Notes: generated by a model from the letters alone, not told the origin. Positions 1-10,963 are shown, numbered from the stretch's first letter. The stretch: 64,000 bases of DNA from a virus (IMGVR_UViG_3300028601_000020), one strand, 5' to 3'. Numbers and translations are program-made.

Positions 1-1
1 A

Positions 2-85
2 ATTATCAGGCTTTTAAAACCAGAATATCTTGATCAGGTAAAGAAAGAGCGTGATCAAATCACAAAACAAGGATTCATAATCTAA
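2..85 (+). CDS. 3' end of probable baseplate wedge protein gp53 (partial)
   Basis: Open frame IIRLLKPEYLDQVKKERDQITKQGFII* ends in a TAATG overlap with the next gene; 'I.LLKPEYL' resembles gp53 C-termini; lies upstream of hub/gp5. Confidence 0.55.
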   Translation: MIRLLKPEYLDQVKKERDQITKQGFII

Positions 86-1557
86 TGGCTTACAATTACT
101 TTGACGCAGAAATTGATCCAGGTGCGTATGACGTTGATTATTTAAAGATAATCGGAGATGAAGGAGAAGTAGATGTTACATACCTCCTTATTGAATTGAA
201 CATCATTGAAAATATTTTTGCAAAATGCATTACAGGATCTATTGTTTTACAGGATTCGTTAAATATCATAACGAATCTTCCAGTAAGAGAAGGTGATTTG
301 ATTGAAGGAAGACTAAAAACTATTGATACTGATCCTTATGTTTCAATGTTTGACCCTGACGGAGAAATTGAATTTACTTTTGAAATAATAAAAATTTCAC
401 ACCAAGAAAAAACCAAACAGGATGCCCAAGTTTGGTCTGCTTCTTTTGTATCATCAACATGGACAGACAACCTTGCAAATAGAATTTCAAGAGCATGGAA
501 GCAAGTTCAGTATAATACCATCATTGAAGATATATTTATGGATTACCTGAGCCACCAAGGATTAAAGAAAAAACTGCCGATTAAACCATTAGACGCAAAA
601 CCAACAGAAGGATTATGGAATGTTGTTATTCCTAATTGGAAACCTTATGATGCAATAACTTGGATTTCAAGGCGTTCGTTTGATGGACTTGCTGTTAATT
701 TTTTGTTTTATGAAGACAAAGAGCAGTTTTATTATGTTTCAATGAATGAAATTCTTGGCAAAGGTCCTGTTGAAGAATATTTTACATCTTCAGCGGATAG
801 ATTTGTTTCAGATGGAATGTCGGACGAACCAAACCCCGAATATCTTCGTCCAAGATACTTGAATATTGCTACGATGAAATTTCTTGGTTATCATGACATT
901 ACAAAAGCAGCAGCAAAAGGAATGATCGGAAACAGAATGATACGATGGGATCCTTTCTATAAAAGAGTGACTGACTTCTATCCTCATGGTCCAGAAGCAC
1001 CAAATTATACCCTTGACGAACCTTACAATTATATTGACGATTTTGAAGCATTAAACCACTGTGAAAAATTAAGAGAACTTATCAGGGACGAAGTAAGCGC
1101 AAAATTCAGCACAGAAGAGGCTAATGCTGTTTTAACGGTTGTTCCTGATCATAACCATTGTTGGGACGACCAAGAAACATTTGAGACAGAAAAATATGTT
1201 CGTCAAAGGCCGGGCCAAATTGAACAACTTGAATTCTTGTCGCTTGAAGTAACAATGCCGGGAAATTTCACCAGAAGAGTAGGCGAAAAAATAGAAATTG
1301 ACTTTAATTCTCCTGAGTTTAAATATAAAGGACCAGACGAAACGCCTGTTCCAGATGTTCGTTTTAGGGGAAATTGGCTTATTGCTACTTTAAGACGAAA
1401 ATTCACTTCAGACAGACATACGCTTGTCTGCGAACTAATAAAAGACAACTATCATACCTTGAGAATCAATCCAATTTGGGAGAAAATGCTTCCTCCTGAT
1501 TCAGATCCTCAAGCAGAACTCAAGTATGACGGTCAAGGAAAGGTTAGAGGTCTTTAA
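85..1557 (+). CDS. baseplate hub protein (gp27-like)
   Basis: 490 aa, directly before gp5; 'LNIIENIF..CITGSIVLQDS', 'FLFYEDKEQFYYVS' and 'GNWLIATLRRKF' are typical of T4-like hub proteins. Confidence 0.7.
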   Translation: MAYNYFDAEIDPGAYDVDYLKIIGDEGEVDVTYLLIELNIIENIFAKCITGSIVLQDSLNIITNLPVREGDLIEGRLKTIDTDPYVSMFDPDGEIEFTFEIIKISHQEKTKQDAQVWSASFVSSTWTDNLANRISRAWKQVQYNTIIEDIFMDYLSHQGLKKKLPIKPLDAKPTEGLWNVVIPNWKPYDAITWISRRSFDGLAVNFLFYEDKEQFYYVSMNEILGKGPVEEYFTSSADRFVSDGMSDEPNPEYLRPRYLNIATMKFLGYHDITKAAAKGMIGNRMIRWDPFYKRVTDFYPHGPEAPNYTLDEPYNYIDDFEALNHCEKLRELIRDEVSAKFSTEEANAVLTVVPDHNHCWDDQETFETEKYVRQRPGQIEQLEFLSLEVTMPGNFTRRVGEKIEIDFNSPEFKYKGPDETPVPDVRFRGNWLIATLRRKFTSDRHTLVCELIKDNYHTLRINPIWEKMLPPDSDPQAELKYDGQGKVRGL

Positions 1558-3176
1558 TGGAATCACAAAATTTAATGGGGTTGACAGGAAGATTTTTTCA
1601 CTTTGTTGGTGTTGTGGAATGTATTCTTGATCCTGAAAAACTTGGTCGCGTTCGGGTAAGAGTTTTAGGAGAGCATACACAAGACAAAGTTGAAATTCCT
1701 ACTGATCATTTACCGTGGGCAATGGTTGTTATGCCCGTGACTTCTGCATCCATATCAGGGGTTGGAGAATCTCCTCTCGGTCTTATGGTAGGTTCATGGG
1801 TTGTTGGATTTTATCTTGACGGGGAAAACAAACAACAACCTTGCATTCTCGGTTCTTTGGGTGGATTTCCTCTTGATCCTCCTTTTGGTGATGTTGGTTT
1901 TAATGACTTCACTGAATGTTTTCCGCAAGAGGACAAACTTGAAGAACCAGACACAAATAGACTTGCAAGAGGAATTGTCGGTGAACATGTTAAAGATCAC
2001 GTTGCCGTTACTGTCAGAAAAGAATCAGTAATGAACAATATTGCAACTGCCGCAGATCAATGGTCAGAACCAGAAACACCTTATGCTGCAATTTATCCTT
2101 ACAATTATGTATGGGAAGGTCCGTATAATCCAAAATGCGACGGTTGCGAGTGGGGACATTTAGAAGAATGGGACAGCACACCCGGAGCAGAACGATATTT
2201 CAGACAACACAAAACGTCACAAAACTTTCTTGAAATTCACCCTGACGGGAAAGAAGTACGAAAAATTTATGGAGATGGATTTGAGATTGACTTAGGATCA
2301 AAACATTTGTACATTGAAGGTGATTATCGGGTTACTGTCATGGGAAACAAAGATGAATACATTAAAGGAGACTATTGGCAACACATTGAAGGTGATTATA
2401 TCAGAGTTGTAGAAGGCGATAAGATTTGCATGACTGAAGGGAAAGACGCCTTGACTTCTCAAGATGAAATAATTCAAAGAGCAAAAGGAAATATATTCGT
2501 TGCCTCAGAACAAAACCTGATAAATCAAGCAAATATTGATATAAATATTCTTTCTGGTTCAAAAGTCAAAATATCTTCTGTTCAAGAATCAACAATAGGA
2601 ATTGGTACTTATTCTCCTATCACAATTGAACCCATCCCGCCAATTAACGTTGATTCAGATAGTTTTCCTTCTGTTACATTAAAATGCGATGAAATGAACC
2701 AAGAAAAGGATACCATTTCAAACACCATTATTCCAGAAATTCCTGCATTTTCATTAGAAGCATCCTCAACGTTTGACGCTCAAGTAAAAATTGTTCCGGA
2801 TAAAATTTATGTTGACGCCGACGATATTCATGAATTAGGTGAAACGTATTTTAAAGAAGACGTTCATTTTAACAAAAATGTTTTTGTTTTCAACACACTA
2901 AACGTCAATGATGATGTCAAAATTGACGGAGAATTGCATGTTGGAATGGACGCTTATATAGGCAACTTTCTTGAAGTAGTTGAAGAAATATGGGGTATTG
3001 TAGTAGAAACTCCGGGCATGCCGCCAGAAGAAGCAGACGTTCCAACAAAAGCAGAAGAAACAGAAAAAGCGACAATCGCAGAAACATCCGAAATACCAGA
3101 CAAAACTTATTCGCCTAATAATAAATCCACAACTCCGGTTGAGCCAGACGATTATTTTGAATGCGAAGAAAGCTAA
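1557..3176 (+). CDS. gp5: baseplate central spike gp5 (OB-fold + beta-helix, no lysozyme domain)
   Basis: N-terminal 'GVVE..DPEKLGRVRVRVLGEH..LPWA..P', 'GSWVVGFYLDGENKQQP', 'YPYN', 'DSTPGAER', then VxG/IxG beta-helix repeats. Confidence 0.9.
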   Translation: MESQNLMGLTGRFFHFVGVVECILDPEKLGRVRVRVLGEHTQDKVEIPTDHLPWAMVVMPVTSASISGVGESPLGLMVGSWVVGFYLDGENKQQPCILGSLGGFPLDPPFGDVGFNDFTECFPQEDKLEEPDTNRLARGIVGEHVKDHVAVTVRKESVMNNIATAADQWSEPETPYAAIYPYNYVWEGPYNPKCDGCEWGHLEEWDSTPGAERYFRQHKTSQNFLEIHPDGKEVRKIYGDGFEIDLGSKHLYIEGDYRVTVMGNKDEYIKGDYWQHIEGDYIRVVEGDKICMTEGKDALTSQDEIIQRAKGNIFVASEQNLINQANIDINILSGSKVKISSVQESTIGIGTYSPITIEPIPPINVDSDSFPSVTLKCDEMNQEKDTISNTIIPEIPAFSLEASSTFDAQVKIVPDKIYVDADDIHELGETYFKEDVHFNKNVFVFNTLNVNDDVKIDGELHVGMDAYIGNFLEVVEEIWGIVVETPGMPPEEADVPTKAEETEKATIAETSEIPDKTYSPNNKSTTPVEPDDYFECEES

Positions 3177-3219
3177 TAAATACTAAAAGAATGAATCAAA
3201 ATTTTTCTAATGGTCTAAA

Positions 3220-3645
3220 ATGGCAAACAGATATAACTATAGTTACATTGAATCAAATCCAAGCAGAACATACACGGATTTAAACTTTTCGTTTGCGAAG
3301 CATCCAATAACAAATGATGTTGCGAAAAAAACAAACGAGGAAGCAATCAAACAAAGCCTAAAATCTTTAATTTATCTTGGGAAAAATGAAAAACCCTTTC
3401 ATCCTGAAATAGGTGGAGGGATATATGATTTCTTGTTTGAAAACATTGCTGAAGAAAATCTTGATGTTATTTTAGAGAAAAAAATCCATCATGTATTAAG
3501 TGTTTACGAACCAAGAGCGGAAATTCGGGGAGTATCAGTAAAAGCCTCTCCAGAAAGAAATGGATTCAGTATTTCGGTTTATTTTGTCGTCCTCAACACA
3601 CTATCTCCAGTAACCCTAGACATGTTTCTTAAAACAGTCAGATAA
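3220..3645 (+). CDS. gp25: baseplate wedge subunit gp25
   Basis: 'YTDLNFSF..HP.T.DV', 'AIKQSL', 'EKPFHPEIG', 'YEPR'. Confidence 0.92.
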   Translation: MANRYNYSYIESNPSRTYTDLNFSFAKHPITNDVAKKTNEEAIKQSLKSLIYLGKNEKPFHPEIGGGIYDFLFENIAEENLDVILEKKIHHVLSVYEPRAEIRGVSVKASPERNGFSISVYFVVLNTLSPVTLDMFLKTVR

Positions 3646-3654
3646 GGAATTAAC

Positions 3655-5457
3655 ATGGCAAACAATCTTGCAGAAATAAACATTACGGAACTTGATTTTG
3701 ATCTTATCAAGAAAAATTTAATTGATTATTTCAAAGCCGATCCTACTTTTTCTGACTATGAATTTGAAGGATCAGCACTGAATATTTTGATTGATATTCT
3801 TGCATATAACACCCACATGAATGCAGTTATGGCAAACATGAGCGCAAATGAAATGTTTATTGACTCTGCCCAAATGCGGTCATCCGTCATTTCATTAGCA
3901 AAAGCTCTTGCGTATACTCCTAGAAGTGTACGAACAGCAAAAGCAGAAATTTCATTAACGTTCACGGGTGTTTCTGGTTCTCCTGCTTATATCACAGTTC
4001 CAGCAGGCACCCGGTTTTCATCTAACTCAAAATACATTTTTAGTTCAAAAGAACAGTGTTTTGCCTATCCCACCGACACTGTTGGAGTATATTCTTGTCC
4101 CAAACTTGAAATTTATGAAGGGATTATGAACGATTTTTCTTATATTGTCAACTATAATGATCCTAATCAGCGATTTATTATCCCGAGCATAAACGCGGAC
4201 ACTTCTTCTCTTTCTGTGAGAACATTATCTGGAGCAACCACAACCGCGTATTCGTTGAATCAGAATATCACTCTTTTGGATCCTTCTTCGCTTGTATTTT
4301 TCTTGCACGAAAATCCGTCTGGTTATTTTGAAGTTTCTTTCGGTGATAATATTTTGGGCAAGCGTCCAATTAATAACTCTAAAGTTATTCTTTCTTATAT
4401 TGTATCATACGGCAAAGAAAAAGCAATCAATTCTTCAATTTTTACTCCTTATCAGCCAATCAGTGGATATTCATCCTACACAATAAAAACGCTTATTTCT
4501 GCTTATGGAGCCGCCGAGAAAGAGCCAAAGGAAGAAATTGCGACTCGGGCACCAAGAATGTACAAGGCGCAACACAGGGCGGTTATTACAGAAGATTATG
4601 AAAATTTTATGTTACAAGAATTTCCGTTCATTGAATCACTTTCTGTTTGGGGAGGTGAACATAACGATCCACCGATTTATGGTAAAGTTTTCTTCTCAAT
4701 AAAACCTTCCCACACCGAATATCTTTCTGACAATTTAAAAGCAAAGATCAAAGAAGAACTTATTAAAAAATTTAATGTAGTCACCGTTATTCCTGAAATA
4801 GTTGATCCGACATATCTTTATATTTTGTCGGATGTTAGCGTAATGTTCAACAAAGCAAAAACAGTTCTGGCTGAATCAGGAATCCAAAGCAGAGTAAGAG
4901 AAGAGATTTTAAAATATTCAAATTCTTATCTCCAAAAATTTAACTCAACGTTTTATTTTTCAAAACTTCTTGGAATCATAGATGATATTGATTCAAGTAT
5001 TTCTGGTTCTTTGATGGATTTAACTCTTATGGCAAAAATATTTCCAAGAACTGGAGTTGAAGAGCAATTCACAATAAATTTCTCAAATGCAATTGTACCG
5101 GGTTCCGTGTTTTCAACATATTACAACACTGGTGTTACTGGATCAACTGCAAAACAAGCAATTTATGATGATGGGAAAGGAAATCTTTTGACAAAGGATG
5201 CATTGTTAAATATGCCCGTGTTTAATAATATAGGAACGGTTGATTATACAACAGGAAAAGTTCAATTTTCTGTTCTTCCTTATTCAGTTCCATCTGATAC
5301 ATTTGATATAAGAATTCATGCGACTCCTGTTTCTGAAAATATTCATTCAGAAAACAATCAAATCATCATGATGGACGATTCAGCAGCAAAACAAGATTTT
5401 AATCGGAAACAAGGAATTGTTACCCATGTAACCGCGATCAATCTTGATTACAAATAA
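3655..5457 (+). CDS. gp6: baseplate wedge subunit gp6
   Basis: 'ELDFDLIKKNL', 'FSDYEFEGSALNILIDILAYNTH', 'QHRAVITEDY', 'WGGE.NDPPIYGKVF'. Confidence 0.95.
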   Translation: MANNLAEINITELDFDLIKKNLIDYFKADPTFSDYEFEGSALNILIDILAYNTHMNAVMANMSANEMFIDSAQMRSSVISLAKALAYTPRSVRTAKAEISLTFTGVSGSPAYITVPAGTRFSSNSKYIFSSKEQCFAYPTDTVGVYSCPKLEIYEGIMNDFSYIVNYNDPNQRFIIPSINADTSSLSVRTLSGATTTAYSLNQNITLLDPSSLVFFLHENPSGYFEVSFGDNILGKRPINNSKVILSYIVSYGKEKAINSSIFTPYQPISGYSSYTIKTLISAYGAAEKEPKEEIATRAPRMYKAQHRAVITEDYENFMLQEFPFIESLSVWGGEHNDPPIYGKVFFSIKPSHTEYLSDNLKAKIKEELIKKFNVVTVIPEIVDPTYLYILSDVSVMFNKAKTVLAESGIQSRVREEILKYSNSYLQKFNSTFYFSKLLGIIDDIDSSISGSLMDLTLMAKIFPRTGVEEQFTINFSNAIVPGSVFSTYYNTGVTGSTAKQAIYDDGKGNLLTKDALLNMPVFNNIGTVDYTTGKVQFSVLPYSVPSDTFDIRIHATPVSENIHSENNQIIMMDDSAAKQDFNRKQGIVTHVTAINLDYK

Positions 5458-5487
5458 TTTTTTGATCAACAAAACGAGAGACAATAA

Positions 5488-7410
5488 ATGGATGGTATGA
5501 ACGATAAAAAAATAACAGCATTAATTGAAAATTCTATCCCAAAATTTGTCACGATAGAATATCCTCGTTTTGTTGAATTTCTTAAAGTTTATTATTCTCA
5601 GCAAGAAAATCAAGGCCAGCCTTATGAATTTTTGGCGAACTTATTAAATTATGCAAACATTGACGAAACAACACTTGAGTATCTTGAAAATTTCAGTGAA
5701 CAATTCTTATCCGGCCTTCCACATGAAAGACTTGCAGCACTTGATAAAAGGAATCTGATAAAGAATATTAAACAATTTTATCAATCTGTGGGGACTGAAG
5801 CATCAGTAAAATTCTTATTCAGGATTCTTTTCAATGAAGACGTTACATTATATTATCCTACTGTTGACATTCTTCGTGCCTCAGACGGAAAATGGCAGAA
5901 TGATTTTGTTATTAAAGTGACAAATTCACAGCAAAACGATGAAATTAAAAGACTTGAAGGCTCAGAAATATACGGTTTCTCTTCTGGAGCTAAAGCACTG
6001 GTTGAAAAAGTCAAAACTTATATTGCTTCAAATGGATATTATGTTGCTGAATTGTTCTTAACGCAATACGACTTAATGAATCCAATAACAAATTTCCAAG
6101 TCAACGAAAGTGTTATTGGAACATCTTATGATGGATATAGATTTAATGAGAAAATTTATTCAATCATTAGTGATTATGAAATTCTTGTTCCCGGTTTAAA
6201 TAATTTGCCGGGCGACTTCATTAATATCCAAAGCAACACGGGTGTGGATGCTTTTGTTCTAGTTGATGAAGTCCAAAAAGGAAGCATAGAAAACATTGAA
6301 ATTATCACTGCTGGAGAAAACTATGAAATAAACGACGAAATTGTTTTTACTTCTGAATCTGGCCTGAAAGCAAAAGCAAGAGTTTCAAATATTGATGTTA
6401 ATGGCGGAATTACAGAAATTAAAATACTTAATAATGGGTATGACTATCAAGAAATTCCACGCATTGATATTGATACTGAAAATGGAACCGGCGCTGAACT
6501 TTATCCGGTATCATCTACTATCGGAGCAATCAAGAAACTAAAATTCATTTCTTTTGGTGTTAATTATTCAAACAACGAATCGGTTTCATTCCCTTATTCG
6601 TTTCCTATTAATTTTTCATCTGTTCCTTCTGAAATAAATCCATTTCAGAACATTTTTGTTTATAATGTTATAGGAGGATTTGCTGTAAATGATGAAATTG
6701 AAGGTTCAATTTCTGGAGCAACAGGGACGATTAGACGATATTCAAATAATATAATGGGCATTGCATTAATTGATGGAACTTTTATTGAAGGAGAAACAAT
6801 TACTGGTCCATCAGGAACAGGAATAATTTATAAACAATCAATTGCAATGATAAATTTTCTTTATGGTGCTATTGGAAACTATAAAGGATATTTCAGAAAT
6901 ACAGATGGTTTCCTAGACTCTAATAAATATCTACAAGACTCTTATTATTATCAGGATTTCTCTTATGTTATCAATACAACAAAAGATAAATCTCTATGGA
7001 TTAACCCGTTAAAGAATACAATTCATCCAGCGGGTTCTATTGTATTTGGATTGATGGAAAAAGGAAGCGAACTTTATTCTTCTTCTATTGGTGGTATTAT
7101 TTCTCCGTGGCTCAACACGACAGAATTTTATAAATTCAGATTTGAGTATCAACCATTTGATGACGGATTCTTGTCAGAATTTGGAAATACTCAAATATCC
7201 TCATTTGAAGATTTTTATCTTTATGAACTTGGTTGGCTCAGTCCTAATGATTACACAGAAGATCCTGATCATTTGACTTTAAATGCTTCAAGAAAATCTA
7301 ATATTTGTCTTGGTTCTGATATAAAAATAGGAGATTTTGAAGGCCCTCTTAATATTGATTTAGTGAATTATTTTCTTATTGATGAAGACAATCCTTTAAA
7401 CACAATTTAA
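5488..7410 (+). CDS. gp7: baseplate wedge initiator gp7-like
   Basis: 'FVEFLKVYY', 'IKNIKQFYQSVGTEASVKFLFRILFNE', 'LQDSYYYQDFSYVI', 'HPAG'; follows gp6. Confidence 0.8.
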   Translation: MDGMNDKKITALIENSIPKFVTIEYPRFVEFLKVYYSQQENQGQPYEFLANLLNYANIDETTLEYLENFSEQFLSGLPHERLAALDKRNLIKNIKQFYQSVGTEASVKFLFRILFNEDVTLYYPTVDILRASDGKWQNDFVIKVTNSQQNDEIKRLEGSEIYGFSSGAKALVEKVKTYIASNGYYVAELFLTQYDLMNPITNFQVNESVIGTSYDGYRFNEKIYSIISDYEILVPGLNNLPGDFINIQSNTGVDAFVLVDEVQKGSIENIEIITAGENYEINDEIVFTSESGLKAKARVSNIDVNGGITEIKILNNGYDYQEIPRIDIDTENGTGAELYPVSSTIGAIKKLKFISFGVNYSNNESVSFPYSFPINFSSVPSEINPFQNIFVYNVIGGFAVNDEIEGSISGATGTIRRYSNNIMGIALIDGTFIEGETITGPSGTGIIYKQSIAMINFLYGAIGNYKGYFRNTDGFLDSNKYLQDSYYYQDFSYVINTTKDKSLWINPLKNTIHPAGSIVFGLMEKGSELYSSSIGGIISPWLNTTEFYKFRFEYQPFDDGFLSEFGNTQISSFEDFYLYELGWLSPNDYTEDPDHLTLNASRKSNICLGSDIKIGDFEGPLNIDLVNYFLIDEDNPLNTI

Positions 7411-7422
7411 AATAAAGACTTC

Positions 7423-10419
7423 ATGATCAATTACGATAAACCAAAACAATTACATGAACTTGATAATGTCTCTTTTTCAATAACAGAAAATTCTTTACTC
7501 CCTTGTCAAAGTGATATTACCGATAGATTAGGAAATATCCGAATTGTTGATGTTATCAGGAACATTTCTCTTGATGATATCAGAGATGGTGTTTTTTATC
7601 AAAAATTCACAGTTGATGAAAAAAATTATTGGAATACCCATGCAGCATCAAAAAACAATCCTCATACAGTAACAAAAGAACAAATTGATTTAGGATTTGT
7701 TGATAATACAAGTGACTTGGATAAACCTCTTTCAACAGCAGTTATTGGCGCATTAGCTTTAAAAGCAGATAAAATAACAGTTGATAATTTAATATCAGAC
7801 GTTGAACAATACGCAATTGCAGCAGCAGCAAGCGCGGGTTCCGCTTCAACCTCAGAAACGAATGCAGCAACCTCAGAAATTAATGCGGCAGAAAGCGCAA
7901 ATAATGCTTCAATTAGTGCTTCTAATGCTTCAATTAGTGCTTCTAATGCTTCAATATCCGAAACGAATGCGGCGGCAAGTGAATCAGCCGCGGCTTTGTC
8001 AGAAACGAATGCGGCAACAAGCGCAACAAACGCAGCAACCTCAGAAACAAATGCGGCTTCTTATGCTGCGGCCGCCAATGCATCAAAAACAGCGGCAGCG
8101 ACAAGTGCAACGAATGCAGCAGCAAGTGCTTTAGCGGCGGCAACATCAGAAGACAATGCTGCCACATCCGAAACAAATGCAGCATCAAGCGCAAGTTCCG
8201 CAGCGACAAGTGCAACGAATGCGGCAGGATCAGCAACGAATGCAAATAATTCAAGAATAGCAGCAGCAACCTCAGAAACGAATGCGGCTAACTCAGCAAG
8301 TGCCGCCAATGCGTCAAAATTAGCCGCTGCCGCATCCGAGAGCGCAGCAGCATCATCAGCAACGAATGCGGCGACCAGCGCAACACAGGCTGCTTCCTCC
8401 TCTTCCTCGGCTGCTTCCTCAGCAAGCGCAGCAGCTTTGTCGGAAACAAATGCGGCAGCAAGCGCAAGTTCCGCTAATTCGTCAAAACTTGCAGCAGAGA
8501 CAGCCGAAACGAATGCGGCGGCAAGTTCCGCCAGTGCAGCGACAAGCGCAACGAATGCGGCAAATAGCGCAACAGCAGCAAACACGTCAAAACTTGCGGC
8601 TGCGGCAAGTGCAAGCGCGGCAGCCACATCCGAAACGAATGCGGCAGGATCAGCAACAGCGGCAGCGACAAGCGCAACGAATGCGGCAACATCGGAAACG
8701 AATGCGGCAGGATCAGCAACAGCGGCAGCGACAAGCGCAACGAATGCGGCCAATAGCGCATCAGCGGCAGCGACAAGCGCAACGAATGCGGCAGGATCAG
8801 CAACGGCAGCAAACAATTCAAAACTTGCGGCGGCAGCAAGCGAATCAGCAGCGGCTTTGTCTGAAACGAATGCTGCCAACAGTGCATCAGCAGCTTCTTT
8901 ATCCGAAACGAATGCGGCAGGATCAGCAACAGCGGCAGCGACAAGCGCAACGAATGCGGCAACATCGGAAACGAATGCAGCAGGATCGGCATCATCGGCG
9001 GCAAGTTCTGCAAGTGCTGCAAACACTTCAAAGTTAGCAGCCGAAGCAGCCGAAACGAATGCCGCAGCAAGCGCCAGTGCTGCAAATTTGTCCCGCATTG
9101 CAGCAGAAACAGCAGAAACTAATGCTATTGGAGCATCACAAGCTGCGGCATTGTCTGAAACGAATGCTGCCAACAGTGCATCAGCAGCCTCTTTATCTGA
9201 AACGAATGCTGCCACATCCGAAACAAATGCAGCAGGATCAGCAGCAGCGGCCTCTTTATCTGAAACAAATGCTTCCACAAGCGAATATAACGCGGACCAA
9301 GCTAGAATTTTAGCAGAAGCAGCAGCAGCAAATTTACCTAATGCTGTTACTGCCGGACCTTCTAAAATTCCCGTTACAAATGCAACAGGAGATGGATGGA
9401 ATTATCCAACATACAATGAAGTAGCACAAGATATTGTCAGTTTAATTCCTTTGCAAGGAAAAAATTATATAATTAATGGTAATTTTAGATTTTGGCAGAG
9501 GGGGACAGCACAATCATCTATAGTAAATTCTTATGGAAGTGATGATAGATGGATAAATGAATTTAACGGAATCACAAGATCACACGGATTGGGAACTTTT
9601 CCTTTAGGTCAAACCGAGGTTGAAGGGAATCCTACATATTACAGTTCAACAAATGTACAATCATTAGGAACATTATCCTCTCATTATTGTATAAAAAGAC
9701 ATAGAGTTGATAGAGTTCAATATTCTTCTGGAAAAACAATGACATTAAGTTTTTGGGCAAGAACGTCTGTTCCCGGAAACAATTTATCAGTTTCTTATCA
9801 ACAATCAACGGGAGTTGGAGGATCAGTTGTAAATAATGAACATATAACCAAAGTTACATTGAGCGGTTCATGGACAAAATTTACAGCAACTTTTACTTGG
9901 CTGAGTATTGCTGGAGAAACACTAGGATCAAATCATTATTTTGGTATTGATTTTTGGTTTTCTTCTGGAAGTAATTTTAATGATAGAACTGATTCATTGG
10001 GATTTCAAACAGGAACTTTTGAAATTGCTCAAGTTCAACTTGAAGACGGTACAGTTGCAACAGATTTTGAAAACATAGGAGAAGACTTGCAATTTTATCA
10101 ATGTTTAAGATATTATCAAAAGACGACTCCTTATGGAACTTCCCCTTATTATCCTTCGGGTGGTATTTATATTAGAAATTGTTGGCCAAGCGCGCTTGCT
10201 TCATATTTAAAATACAATTTTTTTGTTCCTATGAGAGTTGTTCCAACTGTTACATTTTGGAACACAGCAACAGAAACAAGTGGTTCATGGAGAACCACTT
10301 CTTCAACTAACCTCGTAGTGAATTATACTCATTTAACAGAAAAATCAATTTTATTATACCCAACATTAGAAACGGGATCGTTGTTATACGGGCAATTAGA
10401 AATGGACGCGGAGTTATGA
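7423..10419 (+). CDS. tail fibre protein with long Ala/Ser/Thr-rich repeat stalk and C-terminal carbohydrate-binding-like domain
   Basis: 'NPHTVTKEQIDLGFVDNTSD..KP' fibre motif, about 500 aa of SETNAA/ATSATNAA repeats (lambda Stf-like), C-terminal 'KNYIINGNFRFWQRG...VQLEDG..AT.FE' module. Confidence 0.8.
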   Translation: MINYDKPKQLHELDNVSFSITENSLLPCQSDITDRLGNIRIVDVIRNISLDDIRDGVFYQKFTVDEKNYWNTHAASKNNPHTVTKEQIDLGFVDNTSDLDKPLSTAVIGALALKADKITVDNLISDVEQYAIAAAASAGSASTSETNAATSEINAAESANNASISASNASISASNASISETNAAASESAAALSETNAATSATNAATSETNAASYAAAANASKTAAATSATNAAASALAAATSEDNAATSETNAASSASSAATSATNAAGSATNANNSRIAAATSETNAANSASAANASKLAAAASESAAASSATNAATSATQAASSSSSAASSASAAALSETNAAASASSANSSKLAAETAETNAAASSASAATSATNAANSATAANTSKLAAAASASAAATSETNAAGSATAAATSATNAATSETNAAGSATAAATSATNAANSASAAATSATNAAGSATAANNSKLAAAASESAAALSETNAANSASAASLSETNAAGSATAAATSATNAATSETNAAGSASSAASSASAANTSKLAAEAAETNAAASASAANLSRIAAETAETNAIGASQAAALSETNAANSASAASLSETNAATSETNAAGSAAAASLSETNASTSEYNADQARILAEAAAANLPNAVTAGPSKIPVTNATGDGWNYPTYNEVAQDIVSLIPLQGKNYIINGNFRFWQRGTAQSSIVNSYGSDDRWINEFNGITRSHGLGTFPLGQTEVEGNPTYYSSTNVQSLGTLSSHYCIKRHRVDRVQYSSGKTMTLSFWARTSVPGNNLSVSYQQSTGVGGSVVNNEHITKVTLSGSWTKFTATFTWLSIAGETLGSNHYFGIDFWFSSGSNFNDRTDSLGFQTGTFEIAQVQLEDGTVATDFENIGEDLQFYQCLRYYQKTTPYGTSPYYPSGGIYIRNCWPSALASYLKYNFFVPMRVVPTVTFWNTATETSGSWRTTSSTNLVVNYTHLTEKSILLYPTLETGSLLYGQLEMDAEL
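7817..9330 (+). repeat. degenerate tandem coding repeats (21-nt/7-aa based, including longer near-exact units) in fibre gene
   Basis: Recurrent GAAACGAATGCGGCA and GCGACAAGCGCAACGAATGCGGC; tandem TAATGCTTCAATTAGTGCTTC at ~7902-7954; visibly more GC-rich than the flanks. Confidence 0.9.
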
Positions 10420-10420
10420 A

Positions 10421-10963
10421 ATGAAATATAAATTTGCTAACAAAGAAAACACTACTGTAAATGACAATGAAAATAATGTTATGAACATTACCCAGCATAA
10501 TTGGAGATGGCAAGAATATCAAGATTGGCTTGCAGAAGGAAACGTCACTGAACCTTATCAAACAGAAGAAGAAGAATTAAATGAAGCATTAAATCAAAAA
10601 ATCAGTGAAATTTTAATAATGAATGACGCAAAAGATAAAGAACCAATTCTTTTCAAAGGAGAATTGTTCAAAAATACAAATGCAGTAACCGAAACCATCA
10701 AAGTAGGTGAAATGATGGGACAGCAAGACACTGATCCTTTATTTGTCAATGGAGGTTATTGGGACAACTTTGATGGATCTATTTCTGTTCCCTTTACTTT
10801 CAAAGACTTGAAGGATTTATATACCACTGATTATATGAAGTGCGCCGTTCATTATGCAGTTGCTAAATATCATATAGATACAGTCAAATCTTTTTCCACT
10901 CCAGAAGAAATACTAAATTATGATATAACTGTCGGTTGGGATGGTAGTATACTCAATAATTAA
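10421..10963 (+). CDS. tail fibre assembly chaperone-like protein (DUF4376-like)
   Basis: Directly follows the fibre gene; 'WQEYQDWLAEGN..EP' N-terminus and 'EEILNYDITVGW' C-terminus. Confidence 0.65.
   Translation: MKYKFANKENTTVNDNENNVMNITQHNWRWQEYQDWLAEGNVTEPYQTEEEELNEALNQKISEILIMNDAKDKEPILFKGELFKNTNAVTETIKVGEMMGQQDTDPLFVNGGYWDNFDGSISVPFTFKDLKDLYTTDYMKCAVHYAVAKYHIDTVKSFSTPEEILNYDITVGWDGSILNN

Noticed and set aside
8061-9278. 405-aa antisense ORF and other long alternative-frame ORFs in the fibre repeat
   Set aside because: Shadows of GCN-rich repeat codons that lack stops; no RBS or independent protein features
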